Below are positions 22,401-31,418 of a stretch of DNA of 64,000 nt, one piece after another. The stretch's first letter is position 1; every line of letters starts with the position of its first letter. The notes below the pieces were generated by a model. That model ran no database searches, was not told the origin of the DNA, and worked only from the letters and a program-made list of their open reading frames with translations. The position numbers and the translations under genes are program-made. The DNA is from Methanobacteriota archaeon (lineage in GTDB: Archaea; Thermoplasmatota; E2; DHVEG-1), in assembly GCA_963769885.1 (NCBI GenBank), contig CAVYNH010000007.1, forward strand, positions 384,001 to 448,000, written 5' to 3'.

Positions 22401-23320
22401 TCAACTACCCACCGTACGCCCCCTCTGACCCGACCCCCGCGAACCATGCAACCAATGTCTCAATCTCAACGAACCTCTCTTGGAACGGAGGCGACCCCAA
22501 CCAGGGAGACATGGTGCACTATGATGTGTACTTCGGGACAAGTGCGACCCCGCCTCTCGTGGTCCATAATCAATCGGCGCTTGTGTACATCCCAGGAACC
22601 CTTGAGTATGAGACCACGTACCACTGGAAGATCGTCGCCTGGGACCCCCATAACCTGTCCACCGCGGGATCAATCTGGGACTTCAGGACCGAGAAAGAGT
22701 TCAACTACCCCCCCATTGTCCCCCATGACCCCGTCCCGGCCAACGGGTCAACCAACCAAAGCCCGACCGTGCATGTCTCGTGGCTCTCTGGCGATCCGAA
22801 CCCGCATGACATCGTGACGTTCGATGTTTACTTCGGGAACACCTCGTCACCGCCGCTTATCTCAGCGAACCAGACGGCCAACTCGTACAACCCGGGCCGC
22901 CTACAGTGGAACATGACCTACTACTGGCATATCGTCGCCTGGGATAACCATGGGAATTTCAGCGAGGGGCCGCTCTGGCAGTTCACGGTAATGCCAGTGC
23001 CGCCGGACTCCATCCCGCCGACGGTGTCAATCGTGAAGCCGGAAAAGGCGCTGTACTTCAGGAATATCAAAGTCTGCCGGTTCTTCGCCGCAGTGGCGAT
23101 CAGTTATATCGATGTGACTGCGAACGCCTCGGACAACGAGACTGGAGTGAACCGGGTGCAGTTCTCCATCGACGGAGTCCCAAAGAACACGGTGACCACA
23201 GCGCCGTACACCTGGCAGTGGACCGAGAGCGGATTCTTCTTCTACACCTTGACGGTCACATGCTGGGACAACGCCGACAACAAGGCTGAAGCCTCTATGC
23301 GGGTCTGGAAGTTCCTATAA
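19466..23320 (+). CDS. Large secreted surface glycoprotein: DUF2341, beta-repeat region, five FN3-like repeats, C-terminal Ig-like domain
   Basis: GGAGGT SD, signal peptide, DUF2341 motif (LPYWIE..VWVK..LYLFYGNP), repeated NxPPxxPSxPxPxN...GGDPxxxDxVxYDVYFG...YYWxIVAWD, many N-x-S/T sequons. Confidence 0.85.
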   Translation: MKKTDPIQRCVVAATFIFLIFASTTQALIQPIAWTTPQQPMPLNRGNPTGLWEDLFDNASKIDPTPPGAGASDNYLVSGGHASMTGTYTIWTDPSFTRMKPITLTNAGSAKTNYVLKLTIAYDSDMASDYHNLRFKHESTPGAWLPYWIEFYNTTQAVVWVKLTSIPASVSMLYLFYGNPLAPAASNFVNTFGTAWTKTWASDTQISSQPSLQNAVDPDFAFGNNKFLATWEEGTLGPLLYYRGIEGKIYDSSGTIIVPTFVIQENPPSTYRYENPSAAYGGSNFFVAYNYYDTPTQAATEDVHAKIVHQDGTLGSEIIVCNALDTTNEPVVVFDPVHSRFTVVWQDARSGETNFNIYARQYDTSGGPFTEHAICTASNSQLDPWIAYDKLHGRYLVAWEDCTDTSDGPFSLYAQLLDYNLNAIGSSWLVASGSDSLDCVWPCVMFSELSQRFLITWNNGDFSAGDNYGNINGRLYSWDGTAYLSTFTIDTGDFHVTQIKPYLAGSYLVTYNSVFGVYCKLVGPDGTILDGQVQLSSNSALTPNTAAAAVGANKLFVGWEDKRISTTYAYVFGNLEVLSLLPLDTDVTGSIGAEQAIILTAHITSIAITPTILTSWLLFRALYSGTVTFDILDGTTGALLIPNIPTGGSLAALSTTSIRLKATLTRTTPATSPYLDSWNVTWNQNQPPAAPSNPSPANNTNGTNPNCLLSWTDSDPDGDSLTYDVYLENTSTPGKVAANITTTNYTHSTLPFQQTYYWRIVAWDEHGSRTQGPLWRFKTDAYPNVPSSPIPANHATWVEINQTLSWTGGDPDAADIVVYDVYFGTNTSPPLFSVHQYATILNPGLMNYLTTYYWKIVAIDRYNASTTGPIWNFTTVYAPNNPPYVPSSPSPTNGSTNISVNTNLTWVGGDPNPMDTVTYDIYFGTTNPPPLCVTAYPTTNYHPTNVTYLTHYYWRIIAWDNRGASTTGPLWHFWTAAEVNYPPYAPSDPTPANHATNVSISTNLSWNGGDPNQGDMVHYDVYFGTSATPPLVVHNQSALVYIPGTLEYETTYHWKIVAWDPHNLSTAGSIWDFRTEKEFNYPPIVPHDPVPANGSTNQSPTVHVSWLSGDPNPHDIVTFDVYFGNTSSPPLISANQTANSYNPGRLQWNMTYYWHIVAWDNHGNFSEGPLWQFTVMPVPPDSIPPTVSIVKPEKALYFRNIKVCRFFAAVAISYIDVTANASDNETGVNRVQFSIDGVPKNTVTTAPYTWQWTESGFFFYTLTVTCWDNADNKAEASMRVWKFL
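21518..22990 (+). repeat. Five diverged ~300-bp intragenic domain repeats (FN3-like)
   Basis: Five copies of the P-rich start/YDVYFG/YYWxIVA/GPxWxF pattern in the translation. Confidence 0.85.
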
Positions 23321-23570
23321 GGCCTCCCCCCCTCATTCCTTTTTTCTGTTTTCGGCAGCAGTATTAACGCATTTTTTTCGACGGTTGGCGGTTTTGGTGA
23401 TTTCCCCACGACAGCTATTTAAGGGATGACCGAGAAAAGAGAGATTGGTGAGGAAGGACGCTGTTCGCCTCTGATCTTCGGCCTTCCTGAGCTTGCGCTC
23501 CTGCGCTGGTCGCGCGGGGTGTGGTGGCCTCTCGCGGTCCGCGTGGTCGGTGTGCTCGCGTCTCCGCTGT

Positions 23571-23589
23571 CTTAGGGGGTCTCCCTAAG
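23571..23589. terminator. Inverted repeat downstream of PIN gene
   Basis: CTTAGGG-ggtct-CCCTAAG perfect 7-bp stem just after the stop codon. Confidence 0.45.
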
Positions 23590-23595
23590 CCTCCC

Positions 23596-24171
23596 TCACC
23601 TTTGCGGGAGATGGGGGTGCGTTTTTGAGAGCTTATCGAGATCGACGCAGCCGTTATCGTATATTCTGAGGAAGGTATCGGCGTTCAGGCTGTAGAGGTC
23701 TGAGGTGCAGAGCTGGTGGTACTCTAAGCAGGCCTCGTGTTTGACATCATTAATGACGCTGGAGGTGAGCGGGCTGGTGAAGTGGTAGTCTTCGCTGAGG
23801 AAGAGGTTGACACCGTTCTTGAGAGTGGTGATCATGATGTGGCAGTCGTTGACGACATGGTCTGCGGAGACGCCGAGGTGATGTTCCATGGATCGGGCGC
23901 AGGCTTGGCCGAAGGCGTCGGCGAGGAGTCGGTTTTTGAAGTCGATGACGGTGGCGTGGGAGGTGCGGATCCGTTTCATAGCCATGTTATAGGTGGTGAG
24001 GGTGATGCGCCCCCAGATTTTGAGTTGTTCGAGTTCGGAGAGGACGGTGGCGGTGATGAAAGAGGGGATGTGGTGGTGGGCGATGGTTTTGATGATGGCG
24101 TCGACGGTTTGGGTGTCGCGGAGGAGGAAGGAGGTGTCGAAGGAGACGCTGCGGATGGGGGTGGCAGTCAT
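23596..24171 (-). CDS. Solo PIN-domain nuclease-like protein
   Basis: VSFDTSFLL, ITATVLSELE, NDCHIM, FLSEDYHF acidic PIN motifs. Confidence 0.7.
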   Translation of the reverse strand: MTATPIRSVSFDTSFLLRDTQTVDAIIKTIAHHHIPSFITATVLSELEQLKIWGRITLTTYNMAMKRIRTSHATVIDFKNRLLADAFGQACARSMEHHLGVSADHVVNDCHIMITTLKNGVNLFLSEDYHFTSPLTSSVINDVKHEACLEYHQLCTSDLYSLNADTFLRIYDNGCVDLDKLSKTHPHLPQR

Positions 24172-24305
24172 GGGTGGTGACAAGAGTTGATGTGGGTTTT
24201 TATTGATTTTCATTGGGTTTTTGTTTGGCTGAGGTTGTATAATAATAAAGTTTGGAGGATAGTTTTTTATAGCTTCAGGGGAATACTTTTCCTGAAGGGA
24301 GGCTT

Positions 24306-26279
24306 ATGCAAGCGCGGATGATCGGGAAACTGGCATGTCTTTGTGTCTCAGGTTTGCTTTTCTGTACGGGGATGCCGATGCTGTCTGCTGTGATGTCGAA
24401 GGGTCCGGTGGGGACCGGGGATTTCACAGCGGGTATTCTGTGGTGGCATGATTTGAATGCGCCGTCGTTTGGGTCGGCGTCGGTGGGGGATATCGACGAG
24501 GATGGGCGCCCTGAGGTTGTGTTTGGGACGTATTTCAATGACGAGCATGTGTATGCCTTGAATGCTGAGGATGGCAGCCTGTTATGGTGGTATGATACGG
24601 GTGGGTGTAATGATGCGTCGTCCGCGATCGCTGATGTGGATGGTGATGGGCATTTGGAAGTGGTTGTGCCGGGGTCGTCAGCGTGTGTGGTGTTTTGTTT
24701 CAATGGGGCGACGGGGGCGGTGAAGTGGTCTCGGTCGTTGGGGTATAGTCTTGATTCGCCGCCGGCGGTGGCGGATGTGGATGGTGATGGGCGTCCTGAG
24801 GTGCTCCTCGGGTCGTATGGGGGGTACATCTTTTGCTTGAAGGGTGAGGATGGGACGGTGCAGTGGCAGCGGAATGTCGGGACGAATAGCTATATTCAGT
24901 CGTGTCCGACGGTGCTGGATTTGAATGGGGACGGATTGCTGGAGGTGGTGGTGGCGCAGTGGGCTGGGGATGATCGGGTGTATGCCCTGCGTGGGTCGAA
25001 TGGGTCGACGGTGTGGTTTTCGGATCTGCCGAATGATTATATGTATCATGGGCCGTCGTTTGGGGATGTTGATGGGGATGGGTTGCCGGAGTTGGCGATT
25101 GGGTGTTATGATAATCATGTGTATGTGTTGAATGGTGAGGATGGGAGTCTGTGTTGGGCGTATGCGGCGTCGTGGTATGTCGGGGCGCCGACGTGTCTTG
25201 GTGATTTGAATAATGATGGGTTTTTGGAGGTCGTGTTCGTGGCGTATAACATGGTCGGGGTGTTGTCGCATACGGGGTCGTTGCTGTGGAGTTATGCGAC
25301 TGGGGGGAATGTGTTCCGTGGGGTGGCGATCGCGGATGTGGATGGGAACGGGGTCCTGGACGTGGCGTTTGGGTGTGATGATGGGATTGTGCGTGTCTTG
25401 CGCGGTGATTCCGGGGCAGTGGTGTGGACGTATGATCTACAGGCGCATTATGGGCAGGTGTTTGAGATGGATCATGCGCCGGTGCTGGCGGACCTGAATG
25501 GGGATGGGATGTTGGATTTGTTTGTGGTGGGTGGTCATGGTGAGTCGTCTCCTCATCCGGAGAATAATCATGGGCGGGCGTATGCGTTGTCCGCCGGGGT
25601 TGGGACTGGTGCTGGGTGGAGGATGTTCCATCATGATCTGGTGCATAGCGGGCGGTATCAGGTTGGGGAGAATCAGCCGCCGGTGCCTGGTGGTGGTTCG
25701 GGACCGTGGATGGGGCGTCCCGGGGTGAATTATACGTTTTGTGTGAATATTACTGATCCTGATGGGGATGCAGTGTTTTGTGACTGGAATTTCGGTGATG
25801 GGTCGACGAGCGGCTGGTTGGGGCCGTATCCGTCCGGGTCGTCGTGCTGTGTGATGCATGCGTGGGCCACTGAGGGCGTCTTTGAGGTGCGGGTGCGGCT
25901 GCGTGATGACGAGGGAGCGGTGAGCGGGTGGTACGTGGTGTGTAATATCACGATTGATGGGAGTGCGCCGGCGCTGAGTCTGGTGCGGCCGGATGGGCGG
26001 CGGGTGTATCTCGGTGACAGGTTGTCGTTTCCGTTTATTCTGACCGTGTTGGTGGGTTCGGTGACGGTGGAGGCGACGGCGCAGGATCCGGTGAGCGGGG
26101 TGGCGCGGGTGGAGTTCTTGGTGGATGGGGTGGTGGCGAGCATCGATGAGAGTGCGCCGTATGAGATGGTCTGGGAACATGGATGGATGGAGGGCCGGCA
26201 TAAGTTGAGGGTGGCGGCGTATGATACGGTGGGGAACTGGGGAGAGCTGGAGGATGTGGTGGTCTGGAAATTGTTGTAG
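24306..26279 (+). CDS. Secreted FG-GAP/VCBS-repeat beta-propeller + PKD + Ig-like domain protein
   Basis: About seven DxDGDG..EVV repeats, DWNFGDGS PKD motif, C-terminal Ig domain ending VWKLL. Confidence 0.88.
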   Translation: MQARMIGKLACLCVSGLLFCTGMPMLSAVMSKGPVGTGDFTAGILWWHDLNAPSFGSASVGDIDEDGRPEVVFGTYFNDEHVYALNAEDGSLLWWYDTGGCNDASSAIADVDGDGHLEVVVPGSSACVVFCFNGATGAVKWSRSLGYSLDSPPAVADVDGDGRPEVLLGSYGGYIFCLKGEDGTVQWQRNVGTNSYIQSCPTVLDLNGDGLLEVVVAQWAGDDRVYALRGSNGSTVWFSDLPNDYMYHGPSFGDVDGDGLPELAIGCYDNHVYVLNGEDGSLCWAYAASWYVGAPTCLGDLNNDGFLEVVFVAYNMVGVLSHTGSLLWSYATGGNVFRGVAIADVDGNGVLDVAFGCDDGIVRVLRGDSGAVVWTYDLQAHYGQVFEMDHAPVLADLNGDGMLDLFVVGGHGESSPHPENNHGRAYALSAGVGTGAGWRMFHHDLVHSGRYQVGENQPPVPGGGSGPWMGRPGVNYTFCVNITDPDGDAVFCDWNFGDGSTSGWLGPYPSGSSCCVMHAWATEGVFEVRVRLRDDEGAVSGWYVVCNITIDGSAPALSLVRPDGRRVYLGDRLSFPFILTVLVGSVTVEATAQDPVSGVARVEFLVDGVVASIDESAPYEMVWEHGWMEGRHKLRVAAYDTVGNWGELEDVVVWKLL

Positions 26280-26420
26280 CTGATTCTTCACATTTAAGAT
26301 AGAAAAAAACACAAAGGCTCTTTCTTCACTTTCCTCTCTGACTATGCCAAATATGATGATGTGATATTTGATATAAGACCTTCTTTTGCCTCTTTTTCCG
26401 CTGGAACATTTACTCGTAGT

Positions 26421-27106
26421 CTATCTAAGGAAGATCAGTATTACTTTCATTTGTCGTGTTTTCTGGATTTCATTTGCCTTGACAGTCACAGTTGTCGTGC
26501 CGAAATCAATGACGAAGTCTTGCAGGGTGGCCGATTCTCCGGCTTGGATATCCTCGATGTCGGCCTTGTGTTTTCCAAGGAAGATGATGCCGCCCGAAAG
26601 TTGGATGTCGAGGACGACACCAGTCAGGTTCTCAGATTCCGTATTGTTGACCGTTGCTGTGATTCCAAATCCGCCAGCAATGGCAATTTCGATCGGAGAG
26701 ACATAGATAATGAGGAAGGTCATTGTCTTCGTGGTCTCAACGTTCCCAAACAAGTCGACGAGGTAGTACGCGACGGTGTGCGGGCCATTGCCCCTCACAA
26801 TTTTCGTCCACGGGGCGCGAGACCCATTATTCAAAGGATAACAGGTACTGCCAAGGTTCGCCGTCGACCTTGATCTCAACGTAGCGGACATCGTTGGCTG
26901 TTACGACGATCGTTACGTTAGAAGTGAAATGGCTTCCGCTCCAATTCCCTAACAGGGTGCAATTGACATACGAGAAAAGTCGTTCATTCCGAGAGGATGG
27001 ATCCGCAAGTGTATCTAGGCGAATATTACCTACTTTAATTGGGGCGATAGCGATGCCCGCCAGGACTATCATCAAACAGAAAAGAATGCAAAAGTCTAGT
27101 CCTCAT
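26421..27106 (-). CDS. Secreted protein paralogous to the C-terminal half of 27314-28729; two apparent +1 frameshifts (near 27090 and 26845)
   Basis: Joined frames give an MRTRLCILFCLMIVLAGIAIA signal peptide, CTLLGN..FTSNVTI, GNGPHTVAYY..NVETTKT and IAGGFGI..QMKVILIFLR, all matching the neighbour. Confidence 0.6.
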
Positions 27107-27313
27107 TTCTTGCCTCCTCTGCCCCTATTTCAATATGATTTTATGAAATATGAGCATGATTAAAATGTTATGGAAAACGCTGACAAGAATATCCTAGTCT
27201 TAAGCAAAGAAGCAAAACTATCAGACAAGGTCAAACTCACAATGACTCGATAGCATCGAGGCTAGGCCTGCAGAAAAGAAAGAAAAAAAGAAGGGAGAGG
27301 AGGGGGTCTCCTC

Positions 27314-28729
27314 TTAATGGACGAAGATCAGGATGACCTTCATCTGTTGGACTTTCGTCACGTCGTTGGCCTTGGCCGTCACCGAGATGGTGCCGAATCC
27401 GAGGACGAAGAGCTTGAGGGTGGCTGTGGCGTTTGCTGCGATGTCCTGGGTGTCGGTCTTCCCCTTCTTCCCAATGAGGAGAATGCCGCCGCTCGGCATG
27501 ATGCTGAGGGCCACACCAGACAGGGTCGCGTTGCCGGTGTTCTTGAAGCTCGCCTTTATTCCGATGCCGCCCGCGATGGTGATGGTAATCGGAGACGGGT
27601 ACTGGATGGTGAAGGTCGTCGTCTTCGTGGTCTCAACGTTCGGCGGAACTGCTTTGTCCACAGAGTAGTACTGGATTGTGTGCAGGCCGTTTCCGGAAAC
27701 CATGACATAAGTGGTGTATTCCGTCCAGTTGGCGCTGTCAACCTTGATGTAGGTGTGGTTGACACCAGTGCCAGTGTCGACAGCCGTCAGGGTGACTTTG
27801 ACATCTGTGATATAATTGCTGCCGCTCATGTTCCCCTCAAGCGTGCAGTTCGTGGTTGGTGCGATCACATCGCCGGCGGCGCCGAGTTCCATTACGAAAA
27901 GCTTATCATCAGGCGTTCCTTGGACAACGCCACCTAATGTTGCTGTTCCGGGGAAACAGGTTGTCGTGTAGAAAGCACCACCTGCTATTTGAGCGGTTAA
28001 ACCGCCTAGTAATGGAACTGTCCATTGCTTTCCAGTCAAGGCATGGGTATGGTAGTTATATTCGTAGAAGATGGTCCCTGGCGTTCCTATCTGATCGAAG
28101 ACCCATATCGTGTCATTTATGCTATCGTAGGCCATTCCATACTCGCCGGTTAATCCTGGGTTTGCCACTGGTGTTATTGGTGAACCACTTGCTGGAAATG
28201 TATACCAACTTGCACCGAAACTTGCGCTGTAGAACAAACTCTCGGATGGAACATAGGCGCATGCACGAATACAGGTCATTGGAGAAATGCTTGAAAACAA
28301 CTGGGTGAATACACCAGTTGCAGGGTCAATCTTCCAGAAACCATATTCACAGCCACCATAGAGAAAAGTGCCATCAAATGCGAGATCACGAATCCCCCAT
28401 CCTGTGGTTGCAGCAGGTTGATCATAGGTTGCTAAGAGCGCGCCAGCAATGCTGAATTTATACAATTTATTTGGTTCCAAAGCATTATTTCCGCTAGTAA
28501 CCCAGAAATAGGTACCATCCCATTCTCCACCTAACATTTGAATATCATGAGCGGTTGCATTAATATTCAAATCAAGAAGAATATCACCTGGTGCAGATAG
28601 TGGTTGGTTATTCGGGGTGATAGATGCAACGCGTTCGGTGGCATCATTGCTCTTTTCGGGTTGAGCTACCGCAAAAGCGGTAGCGCACATCAGCATACAA
28701 ATTACTATGCCAAACAATTGCTTTCTCAT
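27314..28729 (-). CDS. Secreted beta-propeller protein with C-terminal beta-sandwich domains
   Basis: GGAGG SD, MRKQLFGIVICMLMC signal peptide, WDGTYFWVT/DLAFDG propeller blades, APTTNCTLEG..YSVDKA domain. Confidence 0.8.
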   Translation of the reverse strand: MRKQLFGIVICMLMCATAFAVAQPEKSNDATERVASITPNNQPLSAPGDILLDLNINATAHDIQMLGGEWDGTYFWVTSGNNALEPNKLYKFSIAGALLATYDQPAATTGWGIRDLAFDGTFLYGGCEYGFWKIDPATGVFTQLFSSISPMTCIRACAYVPSESLFYSASFGASWYTFPASGSPITPVANPGLTGEYGMAYDSINDTIWVFDQIGTPGTIFYEYNYHTHALTGKQWTVPLLGGLTAQIAGGAFYTTTCFPGTATLGGVVQGTPDDKLFVMELGAAGDVIAPTTNCTLEGNMSGSNYITDVKVTLTAVDTGTGVNHTYIKVDSANWTEYTTYVMVSGNGLHTIQYYSVDKAVPPNVETTKTTTFTIQYPSPITITIAGGIGIKASFKNTGNATLSGVALSIMPSGGILLIGKKGKTDTQDIAANATATLKLFVLGFGTISVTAKANDVTKVQQMKVILIFVH

Positions 28730-29277
28730 GTTTTGCCTCCTTTTTCCCTTTGTATTTAATATCTTGTTCGGATATATAAAGATTTTCAAGAGAAGGACAT
28801 ATATAGTGCTTAATAAAATAATAAACAAAAAAATCCTCAAAACTAAGGAGAGAATCATCTAGTGCTATCATACATAATAGGAAAATAATTTGTGCATCTC
28901 TATTCCCACCTAGAGAGACGATCGTTCAGCCAGACACAAGGCCGTATCAAAGACTACAGAACCCGGCCTACAATAGGGGCGGATGAAGCAACCGCTCCCT
29001 CCAAGCGAGACCCTCACGCAAAATCGATGCCATTTGCGCGTCTGAGTTCACCAAATTGAGTAAGAAAACCATCGACAGGCCAACCTCCGCACAAGATTTT
29101 TCATACAACAACCGTGCTCTCTTGCCATACGATGCACGGAACGAATCAATAACCTCGCGATTCCGATGAAGTCTCGGCCATGTAGACTTTTACCATCGTC
29201 GCAATCTTCTTCATGCAATCAAATCAAAGAACAAACCACCATACTCTACAAGAAAACCAAAAAAAGTGATGGGTGAA

Positions 29278-29351
29278 CGGACCTGTGGGGATTCGAACCC
29301 CAGTAACCGGCTCCGAAGGCCGGTAGGATATCCAGACTACCTCACAGGCCC
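29278..29351 (-). tRNA. tRNA-Arg(UCG), intronless, CCA not encoded
   Basis: Acceptor GGGCCTG/CAGGTCC, anticodon arm CCGGC-CT TCG GA-GCCGG, T-loop GTTCGAATC; TTTTATA box about 30 nt upstream. Confidence 0.96.
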
Positions 29352-29470
29352 AAACCTAGACCACGGAATACCCAGGCCACTATAAAACATCGAGCGTCAA
29401 CAAACATAAAACAAAATAAAAAATGATGTGGCTACGACCACAGTCCAGCCGTAGCCAAACGTAGTAGTGT

Positions 29471-30601
29471 TTATCGGACGAAGTCGATAGCGCCGACCTT
29501 GGGGTTGCTGAGGACCTTCCGCGGCTGCACCGTCATCGGCAACGGGTTCATCCGCTTGTCCGGCTTGGAGCTCAGGATGTTCGGCGACTGCACCCCAGTC
29601 ATGAGCGCCATGACGCGGCACTTACCCTCGAAGGCAGGATCCACACGGGCGCCAAGGATGACGTTCGCATAGCAGTCCATGTCCTGCGTCAGGGTCTTCG
29701 CGACGTCCTGGACGTACTTCAGGCTCATGTTCGGCCCGCCTGTGATGTGCACGAGCGCGCTGTGCGCCCCATGGTAGTCGACATTGAGCAGCGGGTGGTT
29801 CAACGCTTCCTTAACGATGGCGTCCACGCCGGCCTCCTCGTCGGCCTCGCCCCAAAGCATGACCGACAGCCCGCCGGAGTCCATGACCGCCTTCATGTCC
29901 GCGAAGTCCAGGTTGATGAGCGAGGGCATGGTGATGGTCTCGGAAATGCCCTTGACGGTCTCGGCGACGAGCTGGTCCATGACGCTGAACGCCTGGTTAA
30001 TCGGCAGGTTCGGGACGAATTCGAGGAGCCGGTTGTTGTCCAACACGACGGTGCTGTCCGCAGCGGTCCGCAGTTTGTCGAGGCCCTCGTCCGCCTTAAC
30101 AAGCCGTGCCCGCTCGACATTGAAGGGGGTAGAAACCATGGCGGTGACAATTGCGCCGTTCTTCTTGGCGATCTCCGCGATAACGGGTGCGGATCCGGTG
30201 CCGGTGCCGCCGCCCATGCCGGCGCAGACGAAAACCAAGTCAGCGTCAGAGAGGAGCTCTTCGATCTCGCGGGACGATTCGCGGGCCGCGCGTTCGCCGA
30301 CTTCGGGGAAGCCGCCGGCGCCGAGGCCGCGGGTCAGGTTCTTGCCGATGAGTAGTTTGAAATCTGATTCCATGAGGTCAAGGGCCATTTTGTCGGTGTT
30401 GACGCAGATGGTCTTGGCTCCCTTGACGCCGAGTTTGTGTAAGCGGGTGATGGTGTTGCCTCCAGCGCCACCGCAGCCAACGATACTGATGCGGGGGGTG
30501 CCGAAGAGGCCATCATCGACTTTTTGTTTGCTCTCCTCATCCAGTTTATTTCCTATAGCAGTCTCGATGAAGGACTGCATGTTGTTTTTGCTCTCAGCCA
30601 T
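29471..30601 (-). CDS. ftsZ: Cell division protein FtsZ (FtsZ2-type by synteny)
   Basis: [23 protein letters not shown] tubulin signature, INLDFAD. Confidence 0.97.
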   Translation of the reverse strand: MAESKNNMQSFIETAIGNKLDEESKQKVDDGLFGTPRISIVGCGGAGGNTITRLHKLGVKGAKTICVNTDKMALDLMESDFKLLIGKNLTRGLGAGGFPEVGERAARESSREIEELLSDADLVFVCAGMGGGTGTGSAPVIAEIAKKNGAIVTAMVSTPFNVERARLVKADEGLDKLRTAADSTVVLDNNRLLEFVPNLPINQAFSVMDQLVAETVKGISETITMPSLINLDFADMKAVMDSGGLSVMLWGEADEEAGVDAIVKEALNHPLLNVDYHGAHSALVHITGGPNMSLKYVQDVAKTLTQDMDCYANVILGARVDPAFEGKCRVMALMTGVQSPNILSSKPDKRMNPLPMTVQPRKVLSNPKVGAIDFVR

Positions 30602-30717
30602 TTTCCTATTCCTCCTAACTCTCCATCTTCAGTCTTTTACTGGTAGTTGGGAAGGACGCCTCTTAATCGAGCGTCCTTCCTCCTGAGGGGTGCATCCCAT
30701 CCCCTTCTTGAACCAGA

Positions 30718-30945
30718 TTATTTTTTCGTGTAAGGTTCCATGGCAGCGACCGCAGCCTCGAGTTCCTGGACTTTCTTTATTTTGTCTGCTTTCTCCAGGA
30801 TTTCTTCCGCTTTGTTTTTTATGAATTCATTGACAGCGTGGCGGATCACCTCGGAGCGTGTTTGGTACTCTCCGGCTCTGATGAATAGGTCGATTTGCCG
30901 GAGGTAGATGTCCGGGAGTCGTAGGGTGATGCGGTCGTTGTCCAT
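30718..30945 (-). CDS. cdrS: Ribbon-helix-helix regulator, CdrS-like
   Basis: RITLRLP...GEYQTRSEVIRHAV RHH pattern, GAGGAG SD; lies directly upstream of ftsZ as in the conserved archaeal cdrS-ftsZ2 locus. Confidence 0.82.
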   Translation of the reverse strand: MDNDRITLRLPDIYLRQIDLFIRAGEYQTRSEVIRHAVNEFIKNKAEEILEKADKIKKVQELEAAVAAMEPYTKK

Positions 30946-31418
30946 TCTCTCCTCACACGTGGTGGTGTCAGGTTTTTTGATGTCTTGTGCGTGTCTGGGG
31001 GACGGTTTTTTGACATCCATCAGACGACAAAAGACATCATTTGTCTGACGAACGACGAATAGGCGGCACCGTTTAAATATCTTTCTATTTATGCCGATTT
31101 TCCCGGCGGCGTAAGACCGCGTAACTATTGCGTCTATTTCTCCTTAGGTTTGGGGAGCGGAATGCACCTACGTATGCAGCTGGATTAGCGGATGAGGCAG
31201 GTATGGCTTGCGGTGCGGCTCTGGCACGAACCGTTGGGAGCGCTGCAATCGTAATAAGTCGTTTTTTTAATTAAATATTTTTATTATTTCTTATCAATAA
31301 TTTTTAGGTAGGGGCTCTGGAACGTTGGTGAGGATTGCAGAACAAGGTGTCTTTTTTTAACATACTGGACCTCCTCCTGCTTCTACAAACCCACTTCCCT
31401 TCTCCTGATGATCGTGGG

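Noticed and set aside
21518-25520. CRISPR array or tandem DNA repeats
   Set aside because: The repeats are diverged in-frame protein domains (FN3-like, FG-GAP) with no identical repeat-spacer structure and no cas genes
26280-29277. Integrated element at the tRNA-Arg 3' end
   Set aside because: Lower GC, but no integrase, transposase or duplicated tRNA 3' end was seen
23450-30682. 13-nt match GAGGAAGGACGCT between the putative sRNA and the ftsZ leader hairpin
   Set aside because: Too short to be significant without conservation data
31085-31410. Possible ncRNA or ORF in the cdrS/aIF-2beta spacer
   Set aside because: No recognisable RNA family motif or credible ORF by eye
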